Shown piece by piece: positions 38,045 to 49,547 of a stretch of 64,000 nucleotides of DNA. Numbering within the stretch: the first letter of the stretch is position 1; every line of letters begins with the position of its first letter. A program made the position numbers and the translations under genes. The DNA comes from a bacterium (GTDB lineage Bacteria > RBG-13-61-14 > DATKZS01): NCBI GenBank assembly GCA_963674965.2, contig CAXXFL010000001.1, forward strand, positions 1,024,001-1,088,000, read 5' to 3'. The notes under the pieces were generated by a model. That model was not told the origin of the DNA. It did no database searches and saw only the letters and a program-made list of their open reading frames with translations.

Positions 38045-39453
38045 GAAAGAAACTGACTTCGCGGGTCTTTGTCCCGGCGTTGGCGGCGGTTATTTGTCTT
38101 CTGGCCGGCCTTGGACTGGGAGCCAAACAGGGAGCGTTCTGGACCGATGGCTCGGACCTTCCCGCGTCCTCCCGCGTGGACGTGGGTCCCAAAAGCATGG
38201 CCCCCCTGGCCAAGAAGACCATGCCCGGAGTGGTCACGGTCTATACCAAACGAAAAGCGGTGGGCTACTTCTTCTTCGCGCCCGTCCCCTACGTGCAGGA
38301 GGGCTCGGGCAGCGGCTTTATCATCTCTTCCGACGGCTACATAGTGACCAACAACCACGTGGTGGCCGACTCCACCAGCATCAAGGTGGTGGTGGGGGTC
38401 GAGGAAAAGGACGAGTACGACGCCCGCCTGGTGGGCAAGGACCCGGACACGGACGTGGCCCTGATCAAGATCGAGGCGGACAACCTTCCGGTTCTTCCCC
38501 TTGGGGACTCGGAGGCCATCGAGGTGGGCGACTGGGTGGCGGCCATAGGAAGCCCCTTTAACTTCGCCCACACCTTTACCGTGGGCGTGGTCTCGGCCAA
38601 GGGCAGGCGCCTGGGCGTGGGCAACTACGACGACTTCATCCAGACCGACGCCTCCATCAACTCCGGCAACTCCGGCGGCCCCCTCGTCAACATGCGCGGC
38701 GAGGTGGTGGGGGTCAACACCATCATCGTGTCCCCCTCCGGCGGCAACGTGGGCATAGCCTTCGCCATTCCCATCAACCTGGTCAAGGCGGTCCTTCCCC
38801 AGATACGGGAAACGGGCAAGGTCACCCGGAGCTGGCTCGGCGTCTCGGTGGACGACGTTTCCAAGGAACTCGCGGACAGGATCGGTCTCGACTCTCCCAG
38901 CGGGGCCCACGTGGTGAGGCTGGTGGTCGACGGCCCCGCCGACCGGGCCGGCATCGAGGTCAACGACGTGATCGTCGACTTCAACGGCCGCCGCATCGAG
39001 GACTCGGGCGACCTTCCCATGGCCGTGTCGGCCTTCGGAGTGGGCCGCCAGGCGGAGATCACCTGGATAAGGGACGGCAAGAAGATGACCAGGACCATCG
39101 AGCTCGAGGCCATGCCCAGCGGGCGGGAGATGGCCTCCTATGAAGTGAAGGGGCAGGCTTCGACCGACAATATCCTCGGCCTTGGCGTCACGGACCTCTC
39201 GGAGGACGAGGTAAGAGGCTCGGGCGGAATATACGGCGGCGGCGTGAAGGTGGCCGAGGTCAAGCCCGGGAGCCTGGGCCAGCGCTACGGCCTGTCGCCT
39301 GGTGACGTGATCCTCAAGATCAACCGCTACGAGATAAACGACGTGGACGACTTCGAGAAGGCCGTGAGCAAGATCGATCCCGGCTCATTCGTCAAGATAA
39401 CCGCCAGGCGAGGCGGCATGATAATGAAGAAATCCTTCAGCGTGCCCCGCTGA
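38041..39453 (+). CDS. DegP/HtrA family serine protease with two PDZ domains
   Basis: GSGSGFII, TNNHVV, DVALIK, QTDASINSGNSGGPL. ATGA overlap with the DUF1844 gene. Confidence 0.95.
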   Translation: MRKKLTSRVFVPALAAVICLLAGLGLGAKQGAFWTDGSDLPASSRVDVGPKSMAPLAKKTMPGVVTVYTKRKAVGYFFFAPVPYVQEGSGSGFIISSDGYIVTNNHVVADSTSIKVVVGVEEKDEYDARLVGKDPDTDVALIKIEADNLPVLPLGDSEAIEVGDWVAAIGSPFNFAHTFTVGVVSAKGRRLGVGNYDDFIQTDASINSGNSGGPLVNMRGEVVGVNTIIVSPSGGNVGIAFAIPINLVKAVLPQIRETGKVTRSWLGVSVDDVSKELADRIGLDSPSGAHVVRLVVDGPADRAGIEVNDVIVDFNGRRIEDSGDLPMAVSAFGVGRQAEITWIRDGKKMTRTIELEAMPSGREMASYEVKGQASTDNILGLGVTDLSEDEVRGSGGIYGGGVKVAEVKPGSLGQRYGLSPGDVILKINRYEINDVDDFEKAVSKIDPGSFVKITARRGGMIMKKSFSVPR

Positions 39454-39471
39454 AAACCGGAGAATCCGGTA

Positions 39472-41037
39472 TTAATGCGCCCCGGGGGGCGGGCCGCCCT
39501 TGGCGGGACGGAAGAGGAGGACGAGGGGAACGACGAGAAGGGTGAACAGGAACATGACGAAGAAGACGTCGTTAAAGGCCATCATCATGGACTGCCGTAC
39601 GATCTGTCCGTAAAGTCCGCCGGTGGCGGCGGCCTCGGAGAAGGCGGGGGGCACGCCTCGGGAGAAGAGGTAATGGGAGTAGGTCGAGAGGGCTTGGCCG
39701 ATCTGGGGGTCGGCCAAGTCCAGGCGCTCGACCATCCGGAACTGGTGATGCTGGGCGCGCTGGGACAGAAGCGTCGAGCTCACGGCCACGCCGATGCTGG
39801 CGCCCACGTTGCGAAGGAGGTTGAAGATGCCCGTGGCGTTGCCCATCTGCTCCTTGGGAATCCCGGCCACGGTCAGGGTGGTAAGGGGCACGAAAAAGAA
39901 GGCCATGCCTATGCCCTGAATGACGCGGGGTAAAATGACGGAATGGAAATCGGCGGACAGGTTGAAGTGGGCCATAAGGAAAATCGAGCCCGCGGAGATG
40001 GAAAGCCCGGTCATGAGGATCGGGCGGGCAAAGCCTCGCTGGGAGAGCATGCCGGAAAGGGGCAGGAACAAGAGGGTGGCCGCTCCACCCGGTCCCAGTA
40101 CCAGCCCCGCCTGCACGGCGGTGTAGCCCATTAGCTTCTGAAGATAAAGGGGCAAAAGAACGATGCTGGAGAAGAAGGCCAGGAAGGTAAGGAACATGAG
40201 CGAGTTGCCCACCGCGAAGGACCGGTCCTTGAATGCCCGCAGGTTGACGATGGGCTCGTCCGTCATGTAAAGCTCCCACCAGATCAGGAAAAGGATTCCC
40301 GCGGCGGCCAGCACGGCAAAGAAGATAATGAACCGCGAGGCGAACCAGTCCTCCTGGTTGCCCTTGTCCAGGATGAGCTGGAGGGAACCGATGCCCACGG
40401 CCAGAAGGCCCATGCCCACGGCGTCGATCTTGGAGCGGGCCACCTTCAAATAGGGCGGGTCCGTGACCACCGCCGCGATGGCCAGGACCGAGACGATTCC
40501 AACCGGCACGTTGACGTAGAAAATCCAGCGCCAGCTAAGGTGGTCCGTGATATACCCTCCCAACAGCGGCCCGAAGATGGGGGCCGTCACCACCCCCATG
40601 CCATAGAAGGCCATGGCCGTGCCTCGCTGTTCCATGGGAAAGCTCTCGAGGAGTATGGCCTGGCTCATGGGCTGCATGGCACCCCCCATGAACCCCTGCA
40701 TTATCCGGCAGAAGATGAGGAAATACAGGGAGGGCGCGGACCCGCAAAGGAAGCTGAAAAAGGTGAACCCCGCCACGCAGGCCATGAGGAACCTCTTGCG
40801 CCCGAAGGTCTGGGCCAGCCATCCGGTCATGGGCAGGATGATGGCGTTGGCCACCAGGTATGAGGTCAGGACCCAGGTGACTTCCTCGAGCCCGGCGGAC
40901 AGGCTTCCCTGAATGTGGGTAAGGGAGACGTTGGCCACCGAGGTGTCGAGAATCTCCATGAAGGTGGGCGTCATCACGGTGACGGCGACGAGCCACTTGT
41001 TGGACGCCACGTATTCCTGGCCGGGGGGAGCGCTCAT
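39472..41037 (-). CDS. emrB: DHA2/EmrB family MFS efflux permease
   Basis: FMEILDTSVANVSL, WVLTSYLVA, GPLLGGYITD..SWRWIFYVNVP, 14-TM pattern. Confidence 0.92.
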   Translation of the reverse strand: MSAPPGQEYVASNKWLVAVTVMTPTFMEILDTSVANVSLTHIQGSLSAGLEEVTWVLTSYLVANAIILPMTGWLAQTFGRKRFLMACVAGFTFFSFLCGSAPSLYFLIFCRIMQGFMGGAMQPMSQAILLESFPMEQRGTAMAFYGMGVVTAPIFGPLLGGYITDHLSWRWIFYVNVPVGIVSVLAIAAVVTDPPYLKVARSKIDAVGMGLLAVGIGSLQLILDKGNQEDWFASRFIIFFAVLAAAGILFLIWWELYMTDEPIVNLRAFKDRSFAVGNSLMFLTFLAFFSSIVLLPLYLQKLMGYTAVQAGLVLGPGGAATLLFLPLSGMLSQRGFARPILMTGLSISAGSIFLMAHFNLSADFHSVILPRVIQGIGMAFFFVPLTTLTVAGIPKEQMGNATGIFNLLRNVGASIGVAVSSTLLSQRAQHHQFRMVERLDLADPQIGQALSTYSHYLFSRGVPPAFSEAAATGGLYGQIVRQSMMMAFNDVFFVMFLFTLLVVPLVLLFRPAKGGPPPGAH

Positions 41038-42065
41038 TTGCCGGTTGCTTCCTCGCCTTCCTCCACCAGTATGACGGGGACCACGCTCATGCCGATCCGG
41101 AGCGGATGGGCCTCGAGGTCCGCGTCGACGACCTTGATCCGCACGGGCACGCGCTGGACCACCTTGATGTAGTTGCCGGTGGCGTTCTCCGGAGGCAGCA
41201 GGCTGAAGGCCGCGCCGGTGCCGGCCATGATGCTCTCGACCTCGCCCTTGAACTTCACTCCCGGGTAGGCGTCCACCTTGAATTCGACTTTTTGGCCCGG
41301 CCGAACGTCGGTCAGGTCCGTCTCCTTGTAGTTGGCCGTGACGTGAACGCCCTCCAGCGGAACGATCGACATGATCGGCTGGCCCGCGGCCACCACCTGG
41401 CCAACGTAAACGTTCTTGCGCGTAACGTAGCCGGACGCGGGCGACGCGACCGACGTATACTCGAGCCGCAGGGCTATGCGGTCCACCTGCGCCCGCGCCA
41501 GCTGCACGGCGGACTCGTCTCCCTCCTCGTCCGGCAGCCCCAGCGTGGTCTCGACCTGCTTGCGCTGGTTATTCGCCGCCTCGATCTGGGCGTTGATCGC
41601 GTCCACCTGCGTCTTCACCCGGTCGTAGTCGTCCTCCGACACGTGCCGGCCGTTAAGCAGGCGGGACAGCCTTCCTTTCTCCTTTTCCAGGAGCGCCTTT
41701 TGCGCCTCGAGGGCCTCCGTCTGCGACCTGATTACCTCGATGGCCGCCCGCTGGCCAGCCACCTGGTTCTTCACCACCTCGAGGTTCTTTTGCGCCACCG
41801 CGAGCTCCGCCTCCAGGTCCTTGGGCTCGAGACGGGAAAGGACCTCCCCCGCCTGGACCAGTTGGTTCGAACGGACCGGGACCTCGATGACTCGTCCCGG
41901 AATCTGGAAACTGACAGGATATATGTCGCCCTCGATGAAGGCGTCGTCGGTGATAATGTGGGTCGACCGATAATCCAGATACCACGCGATCCCGCCGATG
42001 ACGGCGAGGAGGAGAAATAAAAGGACAACGCCTATCGCTTTCTTTTTCTTTTTTTCTTCCGCCAT
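41034..42065 (-). CDS. emrA: EmrA/HlyD family membrane fusion protein
   Basis: TDDAFI, ANYKET, GTGAAFSLLPPENATGNYIKVVQRVPVRI. Confidence 0.93.
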   Translation of the reverse strand: MAEEKKKKKAIGVVLLFLLLAVIGGIAWYLDYRSTHIITDDAFIEGDIYPVSFQIPGRVIEVPVRSNQLVQAGEVLSRLEPKDLEAELAVAQKNLEVVKNQVAGQRAAIEVIRSQTEALEAQKALLEKEKGRLSRLLNGRHVSEDDYDRVKTQVDAINAQIEAANNQRKQVETTLGLPDEEGDESAVQLARAQVDRIALRLEYTSVASPASGYVTRKNVYVGQVVAAGQPIMSIVPLEGVHVTANYKETDLTDVRPGQKVEFKVDAYPGVKFKGEVESIMAGTGAAFSLLPPENATGNYIKVVQRVPVRIKVVDADLEAHPLRIGMSVVPVILVEEGEEATGK

Positions 42066-42334
42066 TATTTATAGCCTCATACGATTTTCGAGTAATCTTT
42101 CCGCCGGCGGGGCGCCCGAAAAAGCCCGCCTGCCGCGTCCGGGCGGCCGGGCGGAATGATTTCCATGGGTGACAGGAAGTTAACACCTTTTCCCATAAGC
42201 TTCAATAGCGGCGTAAGGTCCGCTGAAGGGGCGGATTTGCCCGCCTGGGGCGAGTGGTGACGATACGGGACACAAGCGGGACCTTCATAAGCGTTTCCCG
42301 ATAGTTTCATGGAATGGGCGGGGTAAAAAAATAG

Positions 42335-43069
42335 TCAATCGAGCCTGAACCTGAAGGTCTTGGTCCTGGACTCGGTGACGGGCGCTCCGTTCTCGGTCCC
42401 GGGGAAAAAGGTCCATGACTTGACGGCCGCGATGGCCGCGTCGTCGAGCACGGGAAAGCCCGAGCTTTGCACGACGTAGACGTCGCCCACGCCGCCGTCG
42501 CCGAGTATCTCGTAGCTGACGGTCACGTCGCCGGCGATGTCCCGCCTTTTGGCCATGGCCGGATAGGCCGGACTTGGACAACTGGCGCACTTGGCCTTTA
42601 CCACCGCCGGCTCGGCGGGATAATAGTCCGCGCCCCGGGTGGCGCCGGGTCCGGTCACCGCGTCGTCGGGAGGGTCCGGCTCGAGACCGATGGGGCTCGA
42701 GGCCCCCGAGTCCGCGCGCTCGGGGTTCACTCCCCTTTGCTCGGCGCTCGAGCGCGTGGCGGTGACCGTCTTCTTTTTCGCGGGAAAGGGCTGATCCGCG
42801 TTCTTTCTTTCCGAGGTCAGAGCGGGCATGGGCTCGGGTTCCTTCTCCGGCTCGGCCTTCTCGTCCATCTGGGGAAAAGGGGTCGGTTTTTCGGCCATGC
42901 CGGCCTCGGCCCCCCTAGCGCTCAGGTGGATGAGCTCGACCAGGAGAAGGCCAGGCATCTTCAGGGGGCCCGACGTCCCCCCCAGCGCCCCCGCGAAGGT
43001 AATCAGGGCCAGAAGGTGAAGGCATATGGAAATAGTAAGCGCGTATATAAAGCGCGTCCTCGGCGACAT
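42335..43069 (-). CDS. tonB: TonB family energy transducer
   Basis: N-terminal TM with SxxxH, EP-rich linker, PAYPAMAKRRDIAGDV, SSG..LDDAAIAAVKSWTF.P. Confidence 0.88.
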   Translation of the reverse strand: MSPRTRFIYALTISICLHLLALITFAGALGGTSGPLKMPGLLLVELIHLSARGAEAGMAEKPTPFPQMDEKAEPEKEPEPMPALTSERKNADQPFPAKKKTVTATRSSAEQRGVNPERADSGASSPIGLEPDPPDDAVTGPGATRGADYYPAEPAVVKAKCASCPSPAYPAMAKRRDIAGDVTVSYEILGDGGVGDVYVVQSSGFPVLDDAAIAAVKSWTFFPGTENGAPVTESRTKTFRFRLD

Positions 43070-43263
43070 CTTCAATCCTCTCAGATCGAGTATAGATTCC
43101 CCGGCTCCGATAGTAAAGACGACCACGGGTCAAGCTCGGTTTCAAAGGCCGCGTCGCGTCCCGCCGGCTCCCTGTCTTTAATGGCCGGTATAAGTCTGGT
43201 ATCATAAATGATTTATGATACTCCGACGACTCTGACCGGCCGTCGGGGGAATCTCGCGGACCC

Positions 43264-45075
43264 ATGGAAGAAAAGGGATTAGTCAAGCGCCTTCCCGACT
43301 GGTTTCGGAAAGGCAAGATGTCCAGGTGGATCGTGCTGGGCGTGATCGTGGGAGTGATCAGCGGCCTGGGGGCGGCGGGTTTCTTTTTTCTGCTCGAGCT
43401 TTCCAAGGAGTTCACCTTCGGCCGGCTGGCCGGATATTACATGGCGACGCCCACCGGCGAAAAGCTCTTTCCCGCGCCCCAGGACATGGTCTTCAGGCGA
43501 TGGGTGTTTTTTATTCTTCCCGCGGTGGGCGGCCTCATCTCGGGGCTGATCGTTTACCGCTTCGCTCCCGAGGCCGAGGGACACGGCACGGACGCCATGA
43601 TCGACGCCTTCCATAACAACGAGGGCTCGATACGGGGCCGGGTGCCCTTCGTCAAGGCCGTCGCCACCATTTTCACTCTCGCCACCGGGGGCAGCGCGGG
43701 CCGGGAGGGACCCATAGCCCAGATAGGGGGAGGGATCGGCTCTTGGATCGCCAAGGCCCTCAAGCTTCCGGCCCAGGACAGGCGGATTCTGCTGCTGGCG
43801 GGGACCGGCGGCGGACTGGGCGCCATATTCCGCGCTCCCCTCGGGGGCGCCATCACGGCCATCGAGGTCATCTACAAGGAGGACCTCGAGACGGACGCCC
43901 TTATACCTACCGTCATATCCTCGATCACGGCCTATACCATCTACTCCCTCATCTTCAAGCACGTGTTCGACTTCAGTCCCATTTTCGAGATCAGCAAAAG
44001 CATCACCTTCAACGACCCGCGCGAGCTGATTTTCTACGTGATCCTGGGTCTGGTGTGCGTGCCGGTGGGCGTGGTTTACATCAGGGTTTTCTACGGGCTT
44101 CGCGATAAGGTCTTCCGGCCCATGCCCATACCCAATTATCTTAAGCCCATGATCGGCGGCCTGATGGTGGGAGTCATCGGCCTTTACGTTCCCGAGATAT
44201 ACAGCGGGGGGTGGGGACAGCTTCAGCTCGCCATTAACGGCCAACTGGCGCTCAAGCTGATGCTGATGATCGTGGTCTTCAAGATACTGGCCACCAGCCT
44301 GACCATCAGCTCGGGCGGGTCGGGCGGGGTGTTCGGCCCAACCCTCATGATCGGCGGCATGCTGGGAGGGGCCATCGGCGTCATCTCGATGAAGTACTCC
44401 GGCGGGATCATCGACCACGTGGACGCCCGCGCCTTCGTGCTGGTGGGAATGGCCGCCTTTTTCGCGGGCGTGGCCAACGCGCCCCTCGGGGCACTCCTCA
44501 TGGTCACGGAGATGACCGCCGGCTACCGGTTGGTGGCCCCCCTCCTCATGGTCTCCATGATCGCCATGATCTTCACCCGCCGTTACTCGATTTACGAAAA
44601 ACAGGTTAAGAACAAGTTCTCCAGCCCGGCCCACGCGGGAGAGTTCACGATCAACGTCCTCGAGGAGATGCGGGTCAAGGACGTGTACAAGCCCAAAGAG
44701 GGGATTTTCACCATCCCCGCCTCGGCCCGGTTCGCCGAGGTCCAAAGGTGCCTGGCCAACGAGGAGATCGAGGTCTGGCCCGTGGTCAGGGAAGACGGGA
44801 CCATCGTCGGCGTGCTCAGCCTGGACACGACCAAGCCCATCCTCTTCGAGGACGGCATGGACCAGATACTTAACGCCGCCGACCTCGCCATACCAGCGGC
44901 CCACGTCCATCCCACCGACTCCCTGTACCAGGCCCTCATCGAGTTTCTTAAGTACCCCATCTCGGAAATACTCGTGGTCGACAACGACGATGAAAACGAG
45001 ATACTCGGGGCCCTCGCCCACCGCGACCTAATCCGCGCTTATAACAAGGAAATCATCGCCCGGAAAGGAAAATAG
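43264..45075 (+). CDS. ClC family chloride/proton transporter with CBS domains
   Basis: GHGTD, GGSAGREGP, GGVFGP, C-terminal CBS pair. Confidence 0.93.
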   Translation: MEEKGLVKRLPDWFRKGKMSRWIVLGVIVGVISGLGAAGFFFLLELSKEFTFGRLAGYYMATPTGEKLFPAPQDMVFRRWVFFILPAVGGLISGLIVYRFAPEAEGHGTDAMIDAFHNNEGSIRGRVPFVKAVATIFTLATGGSAGREGPIAQIGGGIGSWIAKALKLPAQDRRILLLAGTGGGLGAIFRAPLGGAITAIEVIYKEDLETDALIPTVISSITAYTIYSLIFKHVFDFSPIFEISKSITFNDPRELIFYVILGLVCVPVGVVYIRVFYGLRDKVFRPMPIPNYLKPMIGGLMVGVIGLYVPEIYSGGWGQLQLAINGQLALKLMLMIVVFKILATSLTISSGGSGGVFGPTLMIGGMLGGAIGVISMKYSGGIIDHVDARAFVLVGMAAFFAGVANAPLGALLMVTEMTAGYRLVAPLLMVSMIAMIFTRRYSIYEKQVKNKFSSPAHAGEFTINVLEEMRVKDVYKPKEGIFTIPASARFAEVQRCLANEEIEVWPVVREDGTIVGVLSLDTTKPILFEDGMDQILNAADLAIPAAHVHPTDSLYQALIEFLKYPISEILVVDNDDENEILGALAHRDLIRAYNKEIIARKGK

Positions 45076-45111
45076 GGGACCGGTCGCGCCGCTCGCTCGA
45101 TCGATTTTTTC

Positions 45112-45140
45112 TTGACAAGACGTCTGAAAACCGTTAAGCT
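45112..45140 (+). promoter_or_regulatory. Sigma70 promoter upstream of the riboswitch
   Basis: TTGACA-N17-TAAGCT. Confidence 0.65.
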
Positions 45141-45164
45141 GATTTTACTGAAAATATAAAATAC

Positions 45165-45320
45165 ATCGTTTCGGTGCCTTCGTGTTAAAAGGGAAGATGG
45201 TGAAATTCCATCACGGACGCGCCACTGTAATCGGTTTTACGCTCTCGAAAAAGCCACTGGGAAAAAACCCCGGGAAGGCCGAAGAGATACAGCCGTAAGT
45301 CAGGAAACCTGCCGGAACGT
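45165..45320 (+). ncRNA. Cobalamin riboswitch
   Basis: GGTGC...AAAAGGGAA..GGTGAAATTCC...GCCACTGTAA...AGCCACTGGG...GGGAAGGC...AAGTCAGGAAACCTGCC (B12 box). Confidence 0.95.
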
Positions 45321-45371
45321 TCTTCACGCCGCTTCCTCGCGACAGGGAAGGTGAAGGGAAACCAGGAATTT

Positions 45372-45403
45372 CCCCGACGCTTCAAGGCGGTCGGGGTTTT
45401 TTT
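45372..45403 (+). terminator. Riboswitch expression-platform terminator
   Basis: CCCCGAC-GC..GC-GGTCGGGG followed by a T-tract. Confidence 0.8.
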
Positions 45404-45680
45404 TCGCCGGCGAAAAGCCGGAAACGGCGAGCGTCACGGCCTTGACGGGAGGCCGTCCGTTATATTCCTCCCACGGGAATATCGGGCTTGAAATATAGGC
45501 GCGAAGGACAGGGGGGCCGGGTTTCGGCCTCGATGATCCCGACGCTTTTTCATGGTCCCTCCCGAGGAGTGGAAAAAAATGCATGAAAGGTTCGAATCCG
45601 GCGGGGCCGGCGGTGAGATTCAGCGCATGATCGAATATAATCGATATTTTACTCAAGACGATCACGTAAAGGGGGCCGTT

Positions 45681-47804
45681 ATGCCTTTGAATCTTTCCGC
45701 GTCTCTCGGGTTTAGAAGTTTTTCCCGGGCCCGCCGTCCTCTAGTTCTGGCGGCGTGTCTTTTACTTTTCCCCAGCCTTCGGACCCTGGCCCAGACGGGC
45801 GGGCCTTATCCCATGCCCGCGCCGATCGCCTCCCCCTCGGAGGACGGCGCCCAGGGGGATGACGATTCCGAGACGATCGCGCCCTCGGAAGACGATACCG
45901 TCATTTCTCCCTCCGAGGGCGTGGCCGAGGTGACGGGGGAGTCGGGCGTGGACCTTGGCCAGCGCCTGGACGAGACCGCCGCCCCCATGGTGGTGGACAT
46001 GAACGACCATCCCCTCACGGGCGCCCGCCTGGCCGAGGCCCTGGAGGGCGTCCCCGGCGTTCAAGTGCTCGAGAGCGGGGGGGAGGAAGGCCCTTGGCAG
46101 ATCATGATCCGGGGCGGCGACCCCCGCGGCGTGGCCGTGTACTTCGACGGAGTGCTCATCTCCGACCCGGTGGGACGGCGGGTGGACGTCTCCCACGCCC
46201 CCGTGTTCCTGATCGACAGCGTGCGTATCTATAAGAACACCGCCCCCGAGGGATACCCGGTCTCGGGCGGGTACGGCGTTATCGACTTCAGGACCAAGGC
46301 CGCCTCGAGTTCCCCCTCTTTGGAGGCGAGACTCGAGGCCGACGACCTCTCGACGCTCGAGGTTTCGGCCTCGGTGAGCGACGCGGCCATGGGAGGATCG
46401 GCCCTTCTTGGGCTCTCGGAGAAAAACGGGCCCGGCCGCTTCGATTACGAGAGCGACGCGGACGAGGACCGGACCCGCTCGAACAACGCCTTCGAGCAAC
46501 ACGACGTGCTTATTAAATACGACAGGAGAGTGGGCGGCTTCAGGCTGTACGCGGCGACCCTGTATCAAAGGACGTCCCACCAGCTTCCCGGACCCGACGG
46601 GGCCGAGGCCGACAAGGCGGAGGAGGGAGGGGAGTTCCTCATTTCCTACGCCGGCTTGAGGCGTCCCGGCGTCCTGGACCCGAACCTGGACGCCGAGATC
46701 AGGGTCCATTACCTGCTCGATCAGTCATGGTTCGACGACTCGAGGGGGGAGCTTGGTCCCGCCCGGGACGAGCAGTACGGAAGATACCGGCTGGGCACGG
46801 AATTGTTCTTCGATTATTACGGGCTACCGGGCAACTGGCTGTCGTGGCGGCTGGCGCTTTTCGAGGACTGGTACGAGCCCTTCAGCAAGCTCGACTCCCG
46901 GGTCAACGACCTGGAATATCAAAGGTCCAGCGTCTATTTCACCGTGGCCGACGAGCTTTCGCTCTTTGACGACGCCATCCTGATCAAGCCGAGGGTGAGG
47001 TACGCCTATGAGGCCAACTCCTATGGAGGGCCCTCCCTCCTGGAGCAAAGCGGGGAGGAATTCAACTCCACCAGCTTCTCGAACGTCACCGTCGAGGTCA
47101 ACGTGGCCTACCAGTTCCTCGAGGACCTCACCATCAGCGGCCACGTGGGCCAGTTTTTCCGCTCGCCCAACATGCTCGAGGAGTACGGCGACGCGACCGA
47201 GATAATGGGCAATCCTTACCTTAGCCCGGAAAGGACCCTGTCCCAGGAGATCACCGCGGCCTACGATCCTGGCGTCGTCTGGCTGCTGGACAAGTTCGAC
47301 GCTCGGGTGACGGTGTTCGAGAACAAGACCTATAACCGGATCGGCTGGACGGCCCTTCCCGGAGGAATAGTACAGGCCACGAACCTGGGGGAGGCCCGTG
47401 TCTCCGGCGTCGAGGCCTACGCCCGGTTCAACATGCAGGACATACTGGCCGTCAAGGCCTCATACACGTACCAGGACAGCAGGATGATGTCGGACGATCC
47501 CGAAATCGACCGCGGCCGCGTGCCCGGCGTTCCCCTTTCCCAGGGCGGGATCACGGCCATGCTGTTCCAGCCTTACGGGAAGGTTTACTACGAGGGTTTT
47601 TATCAGGGAGAGCGCTGGCTTGACGAGGCCAACGACGTCAAGGCCGATCCCCGCCTGATCCATAACGCGGGCGTGGTTTACTACTGGGGACGGGGAAGCG
47701 TTGGGTTCAAGGCCGTGAACATAGGGGACGAGCGGTCGAGGGAGGTCCTCGACTATCCGCTGCCCGGAACGCGGTACATAGTTTCAGTGGAGGTAATCGA
47801 ATGA
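45681..47804 (+). CDS. TonB-dependent receptor, BtuB-like
   Basis: Plug '[11 protein letters not shown]...IRGG...VYFDGV...GVIDFRT', [15 protein letters not shown], '[14 protein letters not shown]' C-terminus. Located behind a B12 riboswitch. Confidence 0.85.
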   Translation: MPLNLSASLGFRSFSRARRPLVLAACLLLFPSLRTLAQTGGPYPMPAPIASPSEDGAQGDDDSETIAPSEDDTVISPSEGVAEVTGESGVDLGQRLDETAAPMVVDMNDHPLTGARLAEALEGVPGVQVLESGGEEGPWQIMIRGGDPRGVAVYFDGVLISDPVGRRVDVSHAPVFLIDSVRIYKNTAPEGYPVSGGYGVIDFRTKAASSSPSLEARLEADDLSTLEVSASVSDAAMGGSALLGLSEKNGPGRFDYESDADEDRTRSNNAFEQHDVLIKYDRRVGGFRLYAATLYQRTSHQLPGPDGAEADKAEEGGEFLISYAGLRRPGVLDPNLDAEIRVHYLLDQSWFDDSRGELGPARDEQYGRYRLGTELFFDYYGLPGNWLSWRLALFEDWYEPFSKLDSRVNDLEYQRSSVYFTVADELSLFDDAILIKPRVRYAYEANSYGGPSLLEQSGEEFNSTSFSNVTVEVNVAYQFLEDLTISGHVGQFFRSPNMLEEYGDATEIMGNPYLSPERTLSQEITAAYDPGVVWLLDKFDARVTVFENKTYNRIGWTALPGGIVQATNLGEARVSGVEAYARFNMQDILAVKASYTYQDSRMMSDDPEIDRGRVPGVPLSQGGITAMLFQPYGKVYYEGFYQGERWLDEANDVKADPRLIHNAGVVYYWGRGSVGFKAVNIGDERSREVLDYPLPGTRYIVSVEVIE

Positions 47805-49420
47805 AAGGGTTTGGATCGAGGGTGGTTTTCTTTATTTGTCTGATCGCGGCTTGGGGACTTGCGGGCGCGGCCCCGGCGGCCCCCGAGCTTATCAACTATC
47901 AGGGACGCTTAACGGACGCCTCGGGAGTTCCGCTCGACGGCGTGACGGTCGACTTGAGCTTTACCTTCTACGGCGCCGAGACGGGAGGGACGGCCTACCT
48001 GACGGTCATCCAGGAGGACGTCCTGGTCGGAGGCGGCATCTACTCGGTGCTGATCGGCTCCGGCTCGATCGTGCCCGGAACCAGGTCCAGCCTGTCCGAC
48101 CTTTTCCTGTCCTATGACCGGCTCTACATGGGAGTTAGCGTGGACGACGACCCCGAGATGGTCCCCCGCCAAAGGATCACCAGCGCGCCCTATTCCCTCA
48201 GCGTGGACCCCAGCTTTATCGACCGGTTCATTAACGACGCCGACTTCGACGGCGACGGCTACGACAAGCTCTCGCAAGGCGGCTCGGACTGCGACGACGG
48301 CTCGGCCTCGGTGTATCCCGGCGCTCCCGAGGTCCCCTGCGACGGCGTGGACCAAGACTGCGACGGGGAGGACTCGTGCAGGCTCTTCGTCGCGTCCACC
48401 GACTACATGGGCAATAACGTCGTATACCACGGGACCCTCGACCCCGCGGGACTGGACCCCGCCTTTCTGGACCAGACCACCCTGGGCGCGGACCCTTCCC
48501 TCGACCCGGTCCTCACCTACCGGGAAAACACGGGCGGCGGCTGGCCCAACGTGATCCAGAGAGAGGGGTGGAGCGGATCGGGACTGGGAACCATCGACAG
48601 GCTCGACCCCTCGAGCGGCTTCACCGTTGGCTTGTCGTTTATCGTGAACGACGGGACCAACTCGGCCAACCCCCAGGACATGCTGGTCATATCCTCTTCC
48701 AAGGCCTACGTCACGCGCTTCGAGGGACCTTATAACGACGCGCTTATAGTGGACCCCTCCAGCGGGACGACCCTGGGAAGCATTGACTTGAGCTCCCTGG
48801 CCACCAACTCCGACGGCCTGCCCCGAGCCGCCAGGATGCTCATGGTTGGAAGCACGGTCTACGCGCTCATCCAGGATATCAACAACTATTTCAGCGAGTA
48901 CGGAAAGGGAAAGATCGCCGTGATCGACCCGGCCTCGGACTCCCTCTCCGGCTCCATAGAACTGACCCTGAAGAACCCGACCAACTTTTTTTACCAGGCC
49001 CCGCAAAACCGGCTGGTGGTCGCCTGCGCCGGCGACTGGGCCGACTCGAGCCTCAGCGGCATCGAGCTGGTCGACCTCGCGACCCTGTCATCCGACACCG
49101 TGCTCGTGAGAGGAAACGACCCGGCGGTAAGCGGCTTTATCACCGACGTGGTCGACGTGGGGGGGGGCAAGGCCATGATGCTTATGACGACCTTGTCTTA
49201 TACCAACGAGATACGTCCATTGAGCCTGGGCACGGGGGCCGTGGGCGCGTCGGTCTACGCCTCGAGCTACGTGGCGGACATAGACAAGGACGGGTTTGGA
49301 CGCCTGCTGATAGCGGACAACTCCGGGTCCTCGATAGTGATCATGGAAACGGCCAGGTACACCGTGGTGGACGCCGCGGCGCTCGTCACGCCGCCCCAGT
49401 CGGTGATGAACTGGTACTAG
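47801..49420 (+). CDS. Secreted protein: fibre-type N-terminal domain + Cys/Asp metal-binding motif + YncE/BtuG-like beta-propeller
   Basis: INYQGRL...[15 protein letters not shown]...[22 protein letters not shown]...KAYVTR, GKIAVID, LKNP. Confidence 0.75.
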   Translation: MKGFGSRVVFFICLIAAWGLAGAAPAAPELINYQGRLTDASGVPLDGVTVDLSFTFYGAETGGTAYLTVIQEDVLVGGGIYSVLIGSGSIVPGTRSSLSDLFLSYDRLYMGVSVDDDPEMVPRQRITSAPYSLSVDPSFIDRFINDADFDGDGYDKLSQGGSDCDDGSASVYPGAPEVPCDGVDQDCDGEDSCRLFVASTDYMGNNVVYHGTLDPAGLDPAFLDQTTLGADPSLDPVLTYRENTGGGWPNVIQREGWSGSGLGTIDRLDPSSGFTVGLSFIVNDGTNSANPQDMLVISSSKAYVTRFEGPYNDALIVDPSSGTTLGSIDLSSLATNSDGLPRAARMLMVGSTVYALIQDINNYFSEYGKGKIAVIDPASDSLSGSIELTLKNPTNFFYQAPQNRLVVACAGDWADSSLSGIELVDLATLSSDTVLVRGNDPAVSGFITDVVDVGGGKAMMLMTTLSYTNEIRPLSLGTGAVGASVYASSYVADIDKDGFGRLLIADNSGSSIVIMETARYTVVDAAALVTPPQSVMNWY

Positions 49421-49547
49421 GGCTCGGGCCGGGGAAGGCGTCCGCGTAGGGCATCCCTGTAAAGGTTTGGCGGACCGTCTTCCCCGGACCATGGCTTCTT
49501 TTTCACGGCCCTCTCCAAGAGCGGCGCGGACCCTGATAAAGGAAAGA

